From assembly GCA_000146465.1 (NCBI GenBank), contig CP001950.1: 64,000 bases of DNA; one strand, written 5' to 3'. The translations under genes and the position numbers were made by a program. Position 1 is the first letter of the stretch. Each line of letters opens with the position of its first letter. Of this stretch, positions 8,530 through 18,903 are shown in pieces. Below the pieces are notes generated by a model. It saw only the letters and a list, made by a program, of their open reading frames with translations, had not been told where the DNA came from and searched no databases.

Positions 8530-9792
8530 CTATTTTTCTTCATCTCCATCTTCTTCTTTTGGAGGCACAAAGTATGGAATCTTCCCTCGGACCCAGTCAT
8601 GAAGGATCATTTTAGAAACGGTATTGGTATTGGGTTCTCCCCCCTTCTGTAGTTTACCAAACTTAATTGCGAGTCTTTCAAGTAGGTCTGTAGAATCAAG
8701 AAATTGAATTCTATATGTCTTTGATATAGAATCCCTAGCCTTTTCAACTATCATATCAATATAGTCTTCTGGATCCTCGATGTTTTCAATTCTTACAGCA
8801 CCTCTAAGGACCGCCTGATCATAGTCAGGAATAGGGACAATTCCCGGGCAGTCTATAAGGTAAATCCCTCTTGTAAGTGCTATATACTGCCATACCTTGG
8901 TTTCCCCCGGAATAGGAGCAACTTTGCACACTTCCTTGTTTCTTAAGGTGTTTATTATACTGCTTTTTCCTGTGTTTGGATATCCAACAAATCCAACGCT
9001 TAGATGTCTCTTCTTGTATAGTTTGCTAAGCTGCTTCAACAGATTTATAAGACTGGCCTTTCCATAGTTGTTTGTTACTGAATTTGAGTGATATGCTATA
9101 GTAGGATGAGACTTTGAGAGACGTTTTAGCCACTTGGCAGTTACCCCAGTAGGAACAAGATCCACTTTGTTCAGTACATACATAAGATGTTTATGAGGCG
9201 CTTCCTCCTTAATGTAACTGGCTATTTTATCACACATGGTTCCCAAAGGATCTCTTGCATCGAGAACATGAACAATCACATCGCTGCTGTCTAGAACCTT
9301 GTACAACTCAAGCCATATTCGATGGCTCTGGCCCTTCACATGGTCTTTCTTGACTTCTTTCTTTTCCTCTTTGGCTTCCTTGGCTTTCTGAGACAATTCC
9401 TCAAGACTGCTGTACTGAAGATTTGGTTTCTTCCTTACAGATCTTTTTCCAAAAACCTCCTCAAAGTCTCCGCGCTTTTTCTTCTTTGTTCCATCTTCAA
9501 GAAGAGAGTATGGTACCTTTCCAGTGCTAAGCAATACATTATATGGGCTTTCTATCTTTGTCTCTAGTCTAAATGCATCTAGTTCGGTGGATGATATCGT
9601 TTTTGACCCGGTAAACCACTTCCTACTTGGCTCAATTCTTCCAACATCAGCCTTCGAGTTTTGGAAAGGTGCATCTTTGATTATGTCTCCTCTTGAATTC
9701 TTCTTTGCTTTCCCAGACCTCAGCATTTCAAGATATTTCAGTTTCTTCTTGTTGTAGTAGTTTTCACGCATTCTCGGGGATAATTTTTTCAT
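8530..9792 (-). CDS. NOG2: Nucleolar GTPase Nog2/Nug2 (GNL2), a circularly permuted GTPase for 60S ribosome biogenesis.
   Basis: Permuted order G4 'LNKVDLVP', then G1 'GYPNTGKSSIIN', then G3 'DCPG'. C-terminus 'ILHDWVRGKIPYFVPP' as in Nog2. ATG start verified. Confidence 0.85.
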   Translation of the reverse strand: MKKLSPRMRENYYNKKKLKYLEMLRSGKAKKNSRGDIIKDAPFQNSKADVGRIEPSRKWFTGSKTISSTELDAFRLETKIESPYNVLLSTGKVPYSLLEDGTKKKKRGDFEEVFGKRSVRKKPNLQYSSLEELSQKAKEAKEEKKEVKKDHVKGQSHRIWLELYKVLDSSDVIVHVLDARDPLGTMCDKIASYIKEEAPHKHLMYVLNKVDLVPTGVTAKWLKRLSKSHPTIAYHSNSVTNNYGKASLINLLKQLSKLYKKRHLSVGFVGYPNTGKSSIINTLRNKEVCKVAPIPGETKVWQYIALTRGIYLIDCPGIVPIPDYDQAVLRGAVRIENIEDPEDYIDMIVEKARDSISKTYRIQFLDSTDLLERLAIKFGKLQKGGEPNTNTVSKMILHDWVRGKIPYFVPPKEEDGDEEK

Positions 9793-9868
9793 GCCTTAAC
9801 ATTCCAATCCAAAGCTGAAGATGTCTCTGCTTCCGAAAAAAGATTCCAAGGAAGACTCCAAGAAGTCT

Positions 9869-10828
9869 TCATATCCCTCCAAACATACGTCTAGCCTTTG
9901 AATTAATATTTATCTCGAATATTTGATCCTCTGAGCTGGAGAATATCTTGTCATTCATCTCGGAAAAGACTGCTCCAGTTATCTGTTTATCAGGAAATAT
10001 CTTGAGTCTTTGGCATCTTCTGAAGTCTCTCATATCACAAATAGTCAGAAACGAGAAATGCTCTGTGAAAAACAGCAGGTCAAGGGAATTCTTCAGAGAA
10101 AACTTCACGTTCCGTACTGCTCCCTTATGACTATCCTTCTGCTTACTCTCAAACTTGTGAAGCATGCGGTCACTTCTTATGTCCCATATGCATACATATC
10201 CGTCCTGGGTTCCCACTGCAAATGAAGAGGACACACTGTTCCACGACACACTGAATCCCCCATCCTCGGTACTCTTCAGTTTTTTAACAAGCTTGTAGTT
10301 GTCGTTGTCTATAGAGTACAAAAATACGTCGTTAGAGTCTCCCACAATAACCAAAAACTTGTTGTCCGGGCTGATTCCGCAGCTGTTGACTTGTGCAATA
10401 TGGTTTATACAACCGCTGCTCTGAAGATCCATTGTAAATACCTTTAAAGTTCTATCATTGTTGCATATGAAGATTCTGTTGTTGTTTATACATATATTAT
10501 TGTTGATCGATGAACTTACAACCTGAGAAAGGACTTCGTTTGTGGAAAGATTCTTAACTTTGAGATGTCCCCTGGATCCTCCTACTGCCAGAATGTCATC
10601 TTTCAAGCAGATGGATGTAGGGAAGAAGTCCGTTCCTTCATACACCATTTTGGTTGCATTTTTATAGGGATCGAAAGACATTACATTGCATGCCTTGGGA
10701 AAGACCAAGGATTCTCCTTTGATCTTAAGCATATCCTTGAGCTGCCAGTGCTGTGAAGTTACTCCAAAGTCACATATCTTATGCATATCATTCACCAGGT
10801 TGGAAACTTCCCGCGCTTCCTGTGACAT
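9869..10828 (-). CDS. WD40-like beta-propeller protein, function unknown.
   Basis: Strand-like repeats with a single canonical 'DGYVCIWDIRSD' WD motif. No confident family assignment. ATG start verified (MSQEAREV). Confidence 0.55.
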   Translation of the reverse strand: MSQEAREVSNLVNDMHKICDFGVTSQHWQLKDMLKIKGESLVFPKACNVMSFDPYKNATKMVYEGTDFFPTSICLKDDILAVGGSRGHLKVKNLSTNEVLSQVVSSSINNNICINNNRIFICNNDRTLKVFTMDLQSSGCINHIAQVNSCGISPDNKFLVIVGDSNDVFLYSIDNDNYKLVKKLKSTEDGGFSVSWNSVSSSFAVGTQDGYVCIWDIRSDRMLHKFESKQKDSHKGAVRNVKFSLKNSLDLLFFTEHFSFLTICDMRDFRRCQRLKIFPDKQITGAVFSEMNDKIFSSSEDQIFEININSKARRMFGGI

Positions 10829-10959
10829 TTGTTTGTTTAGTTTATGGATAAGACTTTCAATGATACTCGTTTTAGCAAAATAACCTTTAGAAGGCTGAGC
10901 AATTCCTTAAAGTCGATGCAGAGTTGTACTTTCTGATGCAAGACTTTTATACAAACGCC

Positions 10960-11109
10960 TTATACATGGTTTAAGAACTCCTCCAGTTGAAGGATTTGGA
11001 TCCCTTCTAGACTGTCATTGCTCATCATAAATTCTCTTATTATTTCTTTAGCATCTTCCGGATTCATAGAAACTTCTCTAGCAATCTCCAACTTACTGTT
11101 ATAATCCAT
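10960..11109 (-). CDS. Possible small ORF (49 aa) upstream of, and on the same strand as, the WD40 gene. It is below the ORF-track size cutoff.
   Basis: ATG...TAA frame translating to MDYNSKLEIAREVSMNPEDAKEIIREFMMSNDSLEGIQILQLEEFLNHV. It lies in a 330-bp spacer that is otherwise empty. Short-helical, UBA/CUE-like composition. Weak call. Confidence 0.2.
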   Translation of the reverse strand: MDYNSKLEIAREVSMNPEDAKEIIREFMMSNDSLEGIQILQLEEFLNHV

Positions 11110-11157
11110 CAAGGGGATTGGATTCGCTTCTTATGAAGTGGGAAATGGAGATCCCCA

Positions 11158-13758
11158 ATGGATTCAAACTGGAACACAAAGGACCTTTACCTACTGGCTT
11201 TGGAAGTTTCTCATCTTCACAAAATTGGCTATGGAGAGATAATGTCCATGAGACTCAGAAATGGAATTCAAATATCCTGTACTCTAGATAACGGAGAAGA
11301 GATCGGGTTTGGGCATTTGTGGAGGTACGAAGGAGAAGAGGCAGAGACCAGATTCAAACTATGTTTGGTAGAAACACAGCTGAAAAATTCGACTGAGGGC
11401 GCTGTGGATCATTTACTGATGATTCTTCCCAACACCTCGAAAGCGAACCAGCTTACAATATTCATGATCTTCTATAAGCTTACCACAAAATATAAAGTAT
11501 ATGATAAAAGAATCCTTCGCGAGTGTAAAGCACATTTGCATGCCATTCACTTAAGGTATCCCATTCTAAAGACATTGGTAGCATATACTCTCTTTAAAGA
11601 AGATCTTGTTTCTGAGGAATTTACTGATGAAGAAATCATAGAAATGAATCTGGTAGATCCTAGAAACTTGAATCCAGAAAATCCAGACGCAGTAAGACTT
11701 GTGAAAAGATTGTTTTCTACTATCACCAAGACCTCCTTTAGATACTCAAGAAGAATATTTAAGCATATGGACGAGAAGTTCTTTTTTCATTTTCCCTTAG
11801 AGCTTAATGGAGTAGGATACTCACATCTTCGGGAACTGATTGGAGAGCTCTCGCCTAGAAAGGCTTTGTCTATTGGAGAAATAATTTGCAGCAGATCAGC
11901 AGTTCGGCTGTTCTTTCCCTTGAAGATAGACGACGTGGAGAGATTTTTCATTCACAAAGATGTAGAGGTTAGAATAGAATCGGTTAGACATATAGATACC
12001 GTAGGATTGATGAAGAGATTTCTTGAAGTTAACCAATTTATCTATAATCGAAATATGGTGAAGTTGTTGTCTAGGTATTTTCGTATATGGCTTGGAAAGA
12101 GAGTTAACGAAGAGCATGAGTTTAAGGTGATGTATACTGAGATTGTATCACCGATGCTTCGAAGCAGAAACACATATAGAAGACTTCTGGGGGTTCACTT
12201 GATGGACTCACTTATAGATATAGGAGTTGTAGAACCATCAGGGCATTCCTGGTTATTATTTGATCCGGACTATGAGATAAGAAGTATCGTATGCAAATAC
12301 AGTGGGTGGATTCCCTTAAACATAGAAGAGGCCAGAATAAGAATAGAAAGTTATCAATCCTATGATGTGAATGGATGTGTAGAATACATCAAGAGTTGCA
12401 GGCCAGAATGGCTTATTAGCGATCTGAAGGATATTTTGGATACCTATGCAAAGGACTTTATGAGTGGAAAAAAAGGCATAGAAGAGGTTCCAATATATGG
12501 ATTTCTCAGACTGTTTTCAGAGGTAAAGAGTTACAACATAAAGATCTATGTAGACAGGGTTTACGAATACTGTTTTGGAAAACTCTCCAATGTTATTCAT
12601 GAACAAGATGACGATGGCCTAGTGGTCTATTGGAAAAATATGAAAGAATGTTGTAACTATTACTGCTCATTAGCACTAGAAGGGGACAAGAGTTCGGCAG
12701 CCAAACTTGTAAGAACTCTTCTCTATATCAATCATCTAGGTGTTGTATTACAGGTGTCTCAATACCTAAATAAGGTGCTTAGAAGTGTGGTTTTTCCCCA
12801 GGACGAACTACTAGAGATAGTAGATCTATCGTTCAAAAGAATTCAAAATTGCAAGATCTTTTTCAGAAAAAGCGGAGGAATACCTTTGTTACTTGTACAG
12901 ATTCTTAGGAACTATCCATCCATCATTAATTATGTTTTAGAAAGATTACTCGAAATGATTGACAAAGATGAAAACAATATCAAAGTTCATTGTTTGAACA
13001 TTCTTAGCAGGATTATCGGGGATGGAAGTCTCAGCCCAAAAATACCTCTTCAGACGATCGAATTGTTCAAAATTTCCTTCAGATGTAGTAGATCCAGCCT
13101 TTGGGCCGTAAGAAATATAGGAATAGAAATATTTTCTCATTTAGTTCGGAAGGTGTTTGAAAGAGGACCTGAATTTATTGTTTCCATAGCCCACAAAGAA
13201 TTTCGAAATCTGTTATATGAGGAGCTTAGTTCCTGTAGCCACAATAAGGATGACATTCTAGTGTTTCTTATACTCCATTTATATGGAAGAGTAAAGAAGC
13301 TAGACGAGAGAGAAATGGAGTTGGTTAGAAGATTTTCGAGTAGAAGTGACCTGATAGGATTAGAGTCTAAGAGTATTTGCGAAGGAAAGGAATGCAGGAG
13401 ACCTCAGTATCGGGAGACGAGAATAAAATTTGATGACAAAATGAACGAAGGAGAAATACTTCTAAGATTGCTAATCCTCTTGGACTCGGAGCAACCTGAG
13501 GAAAGAAGAATGGCCGAGTCTTATATGAAAGATGTTTACAAATTATCTCTGTATTCCGAAGAGTATTTCAGACATTACATAGCAAAAAGGATATGCAGAA
13601 TTGGATACAAAGATGTTGCAGTTAAGAAGCTTCAGGAATATGGGCTAGGTGTTGAAAAATCTCAGAGCTGTTTCTTTAAAGATTCTCCATCCAATGAACG
13701 CTTTGATCTGGAATATAACATATCTCTCATAGAGAAGTATAAAAGTCAAAAATGGTAA
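11158..13758 (+). CDS. Large conserved-looking hypothetical protein (866 aa), probably alpha-helical repeat (HEAT/ARM-like).
   Basis: Long uninterrupted ORF with an ATG start. No diagnostic catalytic motifs recognised. Confidence 0.5.
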   Translation: MDSNWNTKDLYLLALEVSHLHKIGYGEIMSMRLRNGIQISCTLDNGEEIGFGHLWRYEGEEAETRFKLCLVETQLKNSTEGAVDHLLMILPNTSKANQLTIFMIFYKLTTKYKVYDKRILRECKAHLHAIHLRYPILKTLVAYTLFKEDLVSEEFTDEEIIEMNLVDPRNLNPENPDAVRLVKRLFSTITKTSFRYSRRIFKHMDEKFFFHFPLELNGVGYSHLRELIGELSPRKALSIGEIICSRSAVRLFFPLKIDDVERFFIHKDVEVRIESVRHIDTVGLMKRFLEVNQFIYNRNMVKLLSRYFRIWLGKRVNEEHEFKVMYTEIVSPMLRSRNTYRRLLGVHLMDSLIDIGVVEPSGHSWLLFDPDYEIRSIVCKYSGWIPLNIEEARIRIESYQSYDVNGCVEYIKSCRPEWLISDLKDILDTYAKDFMSGKKGIEEVPIYGFLRLFSEVKSYNIKIYVDRVYEYCFGKLSNVIHEQDDDGLVVYWKNMKECCNYYCSLALEGDKSSAAKLVRTLLYINHLGVVLQVSQYLNKVLRSVVFPQDELLEIVDLSFKRIQNCKIFFRKSGGIPLLLVQILRNYPSIINYVLERLLEMIDKDENNIKVHCLNILSRIIGDGSLSPKIPLQTIELFKISFRCSRSSLWAVRNIGIEIFSHLVRKVFERGPEFIVSIAHKEFRNLLYEELSSCSHNKDDILVFLILHLYGRVKKLDEREMELVRRFSSRSDLIGLESKSICEGKECRRPQYRETRIKFDDKMNEGEILLRLLILLDSEQPEERRMAESYMKDVYKLSLYSEEYFRHYIAKRICRIGYKDVAVKKLQEYGLGVEKSQSCFFKDSPSNERFDLEYNISLIEKYKSQKW

Positions 13759-13813
13759 ATAATTTCCAAGAATTTTTTAATTGGATCAGATATTATAGAA
13801 TATTAACTTTAAA

Positions 13814-15157
13814 TTAGGGCTGGCACCTTGAAACTTTTCTTGGATAGAGTGTGGCTTCGTCAACATTCTCATACCTCATAAGACCCATCAAGAACCTTTC
13901 AAACCCAAGACCGTAGCCTCCATGTTTACATGGGCCAAACCTTGCCATGTCAAGGTACCAATAGTATGGATCAATGTTAATGTCCTCTCTCTTAAATCCC
14001 TCGATTAGATCTTCATAAATGTCTTGCCTCATAGAGCCCCCGAGAATTTCCCCAATTCCTGGGAACAAGAGATCAACACTTTCTGTCCAATCCTTGTTTC
14101 CTTTGTCCTTTCTCATATAGAAAGGCTTCTGTTCCACAAGGAAATTTGTTAGAAACACAGGACACCCATCTCCTATGGCCTCAACAATATACCTCTCTGC
14201 TGCATCGGGAATATCATCTCCAATTTCAAAGTCCGTTCCATCTTCTTTTTTATAGCCTTTACTATTTAGAAAGTCTATAGCCTCAGAATACTTGATCTTC
14301 TTAAACGGAGTTTTTGGAATCTTGTGAAATTCGAATTTTGGATATAAACTCAAAATATCGTCTTTCATTCCTTCATAGAACTTCTCCATCGAATACGAAA
14401 TAAGAGACTCGATGGATGACATAAGTTCACTGAAATCGATATCTGCAAGTTCTGCCTCGACATGAGTATACTCACTTAAATGCCTTCTTGTTCTGCTCTT
14501 CTCTGCTCGGTAAGACGGCATGATACAATATGCACGGTGTGAAACCGGCACTACAGTTTCAAGATAAAGTTGCGAAGATTGAGTCAGGTAAGCATCTTCA
14601 CCATAGTAGTCCAGCTTAAAAAGAGTGCTTCCTCCTTCTACTTGTGTTTGGACCATTGTGGGAGGTGTAATCTCCGTATACTCCTTGGCAAAATAGAAAT
14701 CCCGTATGATCTTCAGAAGATATCCTCGAGCCTTAAGGAACAGTTGGCGCTTCTTTGTTCGGAGGGCCAGGTGGGCGTTTGTGAGTATAGCGTTTACCGA
14801 AGATTCCTCATTCAGTGGGAAAGATGGTGCTATAGCATCGTTGTATATTTCAACCTTCTCAACCTGTATTTCAAACTCGTAAGCATCCTTTTTCCCAAAG
14901 TTCTCCGCCACAGTACCATAAATAGTCATGGAAGTGCACATGGTCAAATGCATCTTTTTCGGGTAAACACACTTTACTGTCTTATAGTGGGCATACAAAT
15001 CAATGAACGTTATTGAGGATTGTGATCTTACATTTGTAACCCATCCAAAGGTTCGGATCTTCTGCCCAATATTTTCCTTTGTCAGCTTGGATAGCTCAAT
15101 TCTTTTGTATTCAGAAAAATCCAATTTGGAAATTTCTTCTTCGATTTTTCCAGACAT
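13814..15157 (-). CDS. NARS1: Asparaginyl-tRNA synthetase (class IIb aaRS), reduced to 447 aa.
   Basis: N-terminal OB-fold 'RTFGWVTNVRSQSSITFIDL'. Class II motifs 'FRAE' in the translation, 'GGSMRQ', and 'HGGYGLGFERFLMGLMRYENVDEATLYPR' (AsnRS-type motif 3). Confidence 0.85.
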   Translation of the reverse strand: MSGKIEEEISKLDFSEYKRIELSKLTKENIGQKIRTFGWVTNVRSQSSITFIDLYAHYKTVKCVYPKKMHLTMCTSMTIYGTVAENFGKKDAYEFEIQVEKVEIYNDAIAPSFPLNEESSVNAILTNAHLALRTKKRQLFLKARGYLLKIIRDFYFAKEYTEITPPTMVQTQVEGGSTLFKLDYYGEDAYLTQSSQLYLETVVPVSHRAYCIMPSYRAEKSRTRRHLSEYTHVEAELADIDFSELMSSIESLISYSMEKFYEGMKDDILSLYPKFEFHKIPKTPFKKIKYSEAIDFLNSKGYKKEDGTDFEIGDDIPDAAERYIVEAIGDGCPVFLTNFLVEQKPFYMRKDKGNKDWTESVDLLFPGIGEILGGSMRQDIYEDLIEGFKREDINIDPYYWYLDMARFGPCKHGGYGLGFERFLMGLMRYENVDEATLYPRKVSRCQP

Positions 15158-15300
15158 TAGTAGGGGCTCTTTAATTTTTTAAAAAGACTATGGGCAATGG
15201 AAATAGATCAAATAATACCAAAGGACATTGATTAACTTCAAAATGGCAACATACAAGATAAAAAATTTAAGGTCTAAAGTTCTTGAAACCTTCCCCATAG

Positions 15301-16611
15301 ATGCAGAAGAGGAATGTTTATGCAGTTCCGGATCTCCCGGTAAAGGAAATAATGCAATACTTCAACGAGATGGAAATAAACATAAAGGCAAGCGACATTC
15401 TTAAGCCAACGCCTCAGTCAACTCAAAGGATCTATGAGATATTACTAGAGGTATATTGTGGAATCAAGACATCCGACCTAGTATCCAGAACAGAGAGCAC
15501 AGAAGGGTTTGAAGAATCCTTGTCATACCTTCTTCTCCAGAAGCGAATGGAAGGCTTTCTCAGGAAAATAGGCATGGACAACTTTGGGCTTCGAGACCTT
15601 TCTCCAGATTCAAAAAGGCTTATTGGAATTCTGAGTGTTATTGTAAACTTCTCGATGTTTAGAGATAACAAAAGACATGTTTACGAGAGAGTATGCCAAG
15701 CTAACGACGAGAAGCTACTTTTGAAGAACGAGATAGATGAAAGAGTTTATAATGCCCGAAAAGAGCTTGAGAAGTGCGAGAAAGATGCAAAAAAGAGTGT
15801 TGAGGACGCAAAGGAAGTTGAAAAAGAGATTTCTCTACTGGAATCTGAGCTTAAAGACTTCTACAAGCATCAAAGAGCCCTAGTACAGGAAACAGAAAGA
15901 ATTAAAGCAGAGAGGAATGAGTATAGTGACAAGCTGAGTTCTTTAAGGCTAATGCTGCTTAACTTCAGTCAGGAAATAACCTGTTTGAAGACACAGGTTG
16001 TAAGTGATCCCACAAAGCTCATGGAGCTTCTTGAAGAGATGAGGAGCCTAATTTCCAAGGAGAACGAGATAATAAGGGGACTGGAGACAAAGAGAATAGG
16101 TCTCAAGGAGAAAACCGAATTTATGGAATTGATGAAGGAAGACACAATGAAGGCCATTACACTGGCGATTTCCAACAGAGAGGCTGGGAAGACTGTTGAT
16201 AGAATAAACAGGGAGATATCTGAGCTAGAGGTTCAGATAAAAAACCTTGACTCTGGCATTAATGCCTTAAAGATCCGCCTGAATCACGTGAATAGGCAGA
16301 TTTCCCACATCGAATCAAAAATATTTAACCTTCAGGATAACGACAAAAGATGCTCTGAAGAAATATCTGCAAAGCTTGAAAAGCTTAAAAACAACTACGG
16401 AGTTGTTTCGGGGGAAAGAAACACCATAAGAAAGAAGATCGAGGAGAATGTAAGGCAGACTAAGAACATAGAATATGAATTAGTAAAGAAGAGAAACGAA
16501 CATATTAACGACATAACCGCCATACAATCAGCATTATGCAGGCTCAAGGACGACATCTTCAACTACTTTGCCGAGGCCAAAGGAGTGATTGATAAGACCA
16601 TGTCCAGCTGA
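15301..16611 (+). CDS. NUF2: Kinetochore protein Nuf2 (NDC80 complex): N-terminal CH domain plus coiled coil.
   Basis: 'VPDLPVKEIMQYFNEMEINIKASDILKPTPQSTQRIYEILLE' and 'DLSPDSKRLIGILSVIVNFSMFRD' parallel the yeast Nuf2 CH domain. The rest is a heptad-rich coiled coil. Confidence 0.7.
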   Translation: MQKRNVYAVPDLPVKEIMQYFNEMEINIKASDILKPTPQSTQRIYEILLEVYCGIKTSDLVSRTESTEGFEESLSYLLLQKRMEGFLRKIGMDNFGLRDLSPDSKRLIGILSVIVNFSMFRDNKRHVYERVCQANDEKLLLKNEIDERVYNARKELEKCEKDAKKSVEDAKEVEKEISLLESELKDFYKHQRALVQETERIKAERNEYSDKLSSLRLMLLNFSQEITCLKTQVVSDPTKLMELLEEMRSLISKENEIIRGLETKRIGLKEKTEFMELMKEDTMKAITLAISNREAGKTVDRINREISELEVQIKNLDSGINALKIRLNHVNRQISHIESKIFNLQDNDKRCSEEISAKLEKLKNNYGVVSGERNTIRKKIEENVRQTKNIEYELVKKRNEHINDITAIQSALCRLKDDIFNYFAEAKGVIDKTMSS

Positions 16612-16654
16612 GAGTTTTAGAAGTTTTATCTGAGGAGAATTTTAATCCCTCAAG

Positions 16655-16909
16655 ATGGTTCCGGAATCTGTCAATAACCTTTACAAAGATCTTGAGTCTG
16701 TGATTCTTCAGTTCAAATCTCCAGCATTTGGAAACTATTTCCTCAAGAAAGCTAAGGAAGAGTTTGATAACATCAGCATCCAAACCTCAAAGCAGAAAGA
16801 TGAAGGGGCGATTGAGAGATATTTGAAAGATCAAGGAGAACTCCTGGATGTTCTTCGAAGACAAACAACCATTTACAACATGTTCTATGACGAGTCAAGT
16901 GGAATATGA
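16655..16909 (+). CDS. ISD11: ISD11/LYRM4 (LYR-motif partner of cysteine desulfurase Nfs1; mitochondrial/mitosomal Fe-S cluster assembly), 84 aa.
   Basis: 'NLYKDLESVILQFKSPAFGNYFLKKAKEEF...LLDVLRRQTTIYNMFY' aligns with yeast Isd11 ('NLYRNCLRLSKSFSDYNFRNYFLRSSRDKF...ELQVLKRQSMISQMY'). LYK/F motif present. Confidence 0.7.
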   Translation: MVPESVNNLYKDLESVILQFKSPAFGNYFLKKAKEEFDNISIQTSKQKDEGAIERYLKDQGELLDVLRRQTTIYNMFYDESSGI

Positions 16910-17115
16910 CAGTTTGGGCGACTTGATTGTTGTTGAATACATGCTATAGGTTTGAAATCCCGTCAAAGTCCTAGGAATATCCATTGATATACCCGAGGGG
17001 AAAATGAAGAGAATTGAAGGAAGGCCATTTCCGAGACTCTGTAGCTTCTTAGCAATAAAGATCTTATCAAGCGATTTTTTGAGAAGGATATTTATAGAGG
17101 GAATTTCTATAGCCC

Positions 17116-18843
17116 ATGGTTCTTGGTAGAATAAAGAAGATGTTCTCAAATACTAAGAAGAATTTATTTGGAGATTTGCATTGCGGAAGAACTATTCTTA
17201 TGAATGGATGCGAAGCATTAGCGTCCCAGGAAGATCTTTTATTCTCATCAAAAAAAAGCAAGATGTCATTCAAGCTGTGTGAGATTGTGTCAATTGAACA
17301 CGATAATAAGACCCTTAGCTTCATTCATAACCAGAAAAAGTATCTCTTTACGAGCGGGGAATCTCTAGATCTTTTCTGTAAGGCTATAGTACCCTTTATA
17401 AAGAAGACCAAGATCCTATACAAAAAAAGTGCGGTGTACTCAAGATACAATACAACTACGGGGAGATTTGAAGAAGCTTCGGGAAACGTAGATGTATTTA
17501 TTGTTGAAGATGGGATGTTTTTGATCAGGATAGAAACAAGAGACGACATTATACATTTTGAAGAGATAAGAACGGAGACACAATACTATATGGATCAGAA
17601 AAACATAACGTTTGTATGGTCTGTGATGGAAGGGGGAGTTTTCCACACGTTTTCGTTGAAGTTTTTGGACAATCTTGATTTTCTTGAGTTTCTCGGCAAG
17701 TACATTGGATGTCTCTATAAGAATGTTAATCACGAAAACAAGGAGGACAAGGAAGCGGAGCAGTATTTTGAAAAAATGGAGATGGAGAACTATCACCCTG
17801 ATGAATCCTCGGAGTCGGAAGAGGAAGAGGAGTATGAAAGTTGTGATGATGATGAGCTTGAAAACCATTTTGGAGAAGCAGACGAAAAGAATAAGCATCT
17901 TGTCGTGGGAGATGAAATGGCTTTTATAACAAGAGGAAAGTCAATAGGGGTGTTTGAAAACACAGATGACGGACTTGAGTTTAGGGCAAATATCAAGAAC
18001 GTTCTGAATGAAGATGTAAAAAAGATAATCACACATGATAATTGTGCTTCGCTCATATACTTAGACAAGAGTGAAAGAGACAAGCTCCATAAGCTGGATG
18101 TAGAAAGAGGAGAGGTTATTGAGACTTGGGATGTGCAAAGGGACGTTAATGATTACTTTGATGCGCAGAAGCTAATTGATACTGGTTCGCTTGTTGGGCT
18201 CTCGGATTATTCGGTGTTCAGGATTGATCCAAGAACAAAGAATAAGGTTGTTGAGTCGAAGGACTACAAGACAAGAAATAATTTCAACTGTGGGATGGCT
18301 ACAAGCCTGGGGCATGTTGTTGCAGCAGGTAAGGGAGGAGACTTGAGACTTTACGATAAGATTGACAAACGGGCAAAGTCTCTTCTTCCAGGATTTGGGG
18401 ATGAAATTAAGTATATAGACGTTACAAGCAATGGAAAACATATTATTTGCACATGCAAGAACTACTTGATGCTCACAACTGTTCCCGGAGACTATAAGCA
18501 ACCTATTGGGAAGGATAAGCCTGTTCCAAAAAGACTTCAGCTAAAGCCAGAGCATTTGGCATACATTAATGAAGAGATAGACTTTACTCCTGCAAAGTTC
18601 AGCACAGACACTTCGGAAAGCAGCATAATAACAAGTACAGGAAGTTATGTTGTTAAGTGGAACTTGGATGATGTGCTTAATGGAAAGCTGTACTCGTACC
18701 AGCTAGCCAAATGCAATGATTTGGTTGTTGCCGACAACTTCGAATTTGGGGAAAACAACAGTGTAATTGTGACAATGCCAGACGACATAAGAAAAGTCAA
18801 CGTCCGAAACCTCAAGAGACCTGGGCGAAAGATATGGGGATGA
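17116..18843 (+). CDS. VID27: Vid27-family protein (vacuolar import and degradation).
   Basis: Central acidic stretch (SESEEEEEYESCDDDE). 'HLVVGDEMAFITRGKSIGVFEN' matches the VID27 signature '...vvGyk.drsfVvRG.kIGVF'. C-terminal beta-propeller-like region. Confidence 0.55.
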   Translation: MVLGRIKKMFSNTKKNLFGDLHCGRTILMNGCEALASQEDLLFSSKKSKMSFKLCEIVSIEHDNKTLSFIHNQKKYLFTSGESLDLFCKAIVPFIKKTKILYKKSAVYSRYNTTTGRFEEASGNVDVFIVEDGMFLIRIETRDDIIHFEEIRTETQYYMDQKNITFVWSVMEGGVFHTFSLKFLDNLDFLEFLGKYIGCLYKNVNHENKEDKEAEQYFEKMEMENYHPDESSESEEEEEYESCDDDELENHFGEADEKNKHLVVGDEMAFITRGKSIGVFENTDDGLEFRANIKNVLNEDVKKIITHDNCASLIYLDKSERDKLHKLDVERGEVIETWDVQRDVNDYFDAQKLIDTGSLVGLSDYSVFRIDPRTKNKVVESKDYKTRNNFNCGMATSLGHVVAAGKGGDLRLYDKIDKRAKSLLPGFGDEIKYIDVTSNGKHIICTCKNYLMLTTVPGDYKQPIGKDKPVPKRLQLKPEHLAYINEEIDFTPAKFSTDTSESSIITSTGSYVVKWNLDDVLNGKLYSYQLAKCNDLVVADNFEFGENNSVIVTMPDDIRKVNVRNLKRPGRKIWG

Positions 18844-18903
18844 TTGTGTATTTATGCTATTAAATAAATGTGTTTTTGAACATTTCTATTTCAAAAGAAT
18901 GAT

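Noticed and set aside
11091-11096. GTAAGT (minus strand) just after the ATG of the 49-aa micro-ORF, considered as a 5' splice site of an intron feeding into the WD40 gene
   Set aside because: The implied intron would be about 310 nt, far longer than introns in compact genomes. The exon junction is out of frame with the WD40 ORF. A GTAAGT hexamer is expected about 30 times by chance in 64 kb.
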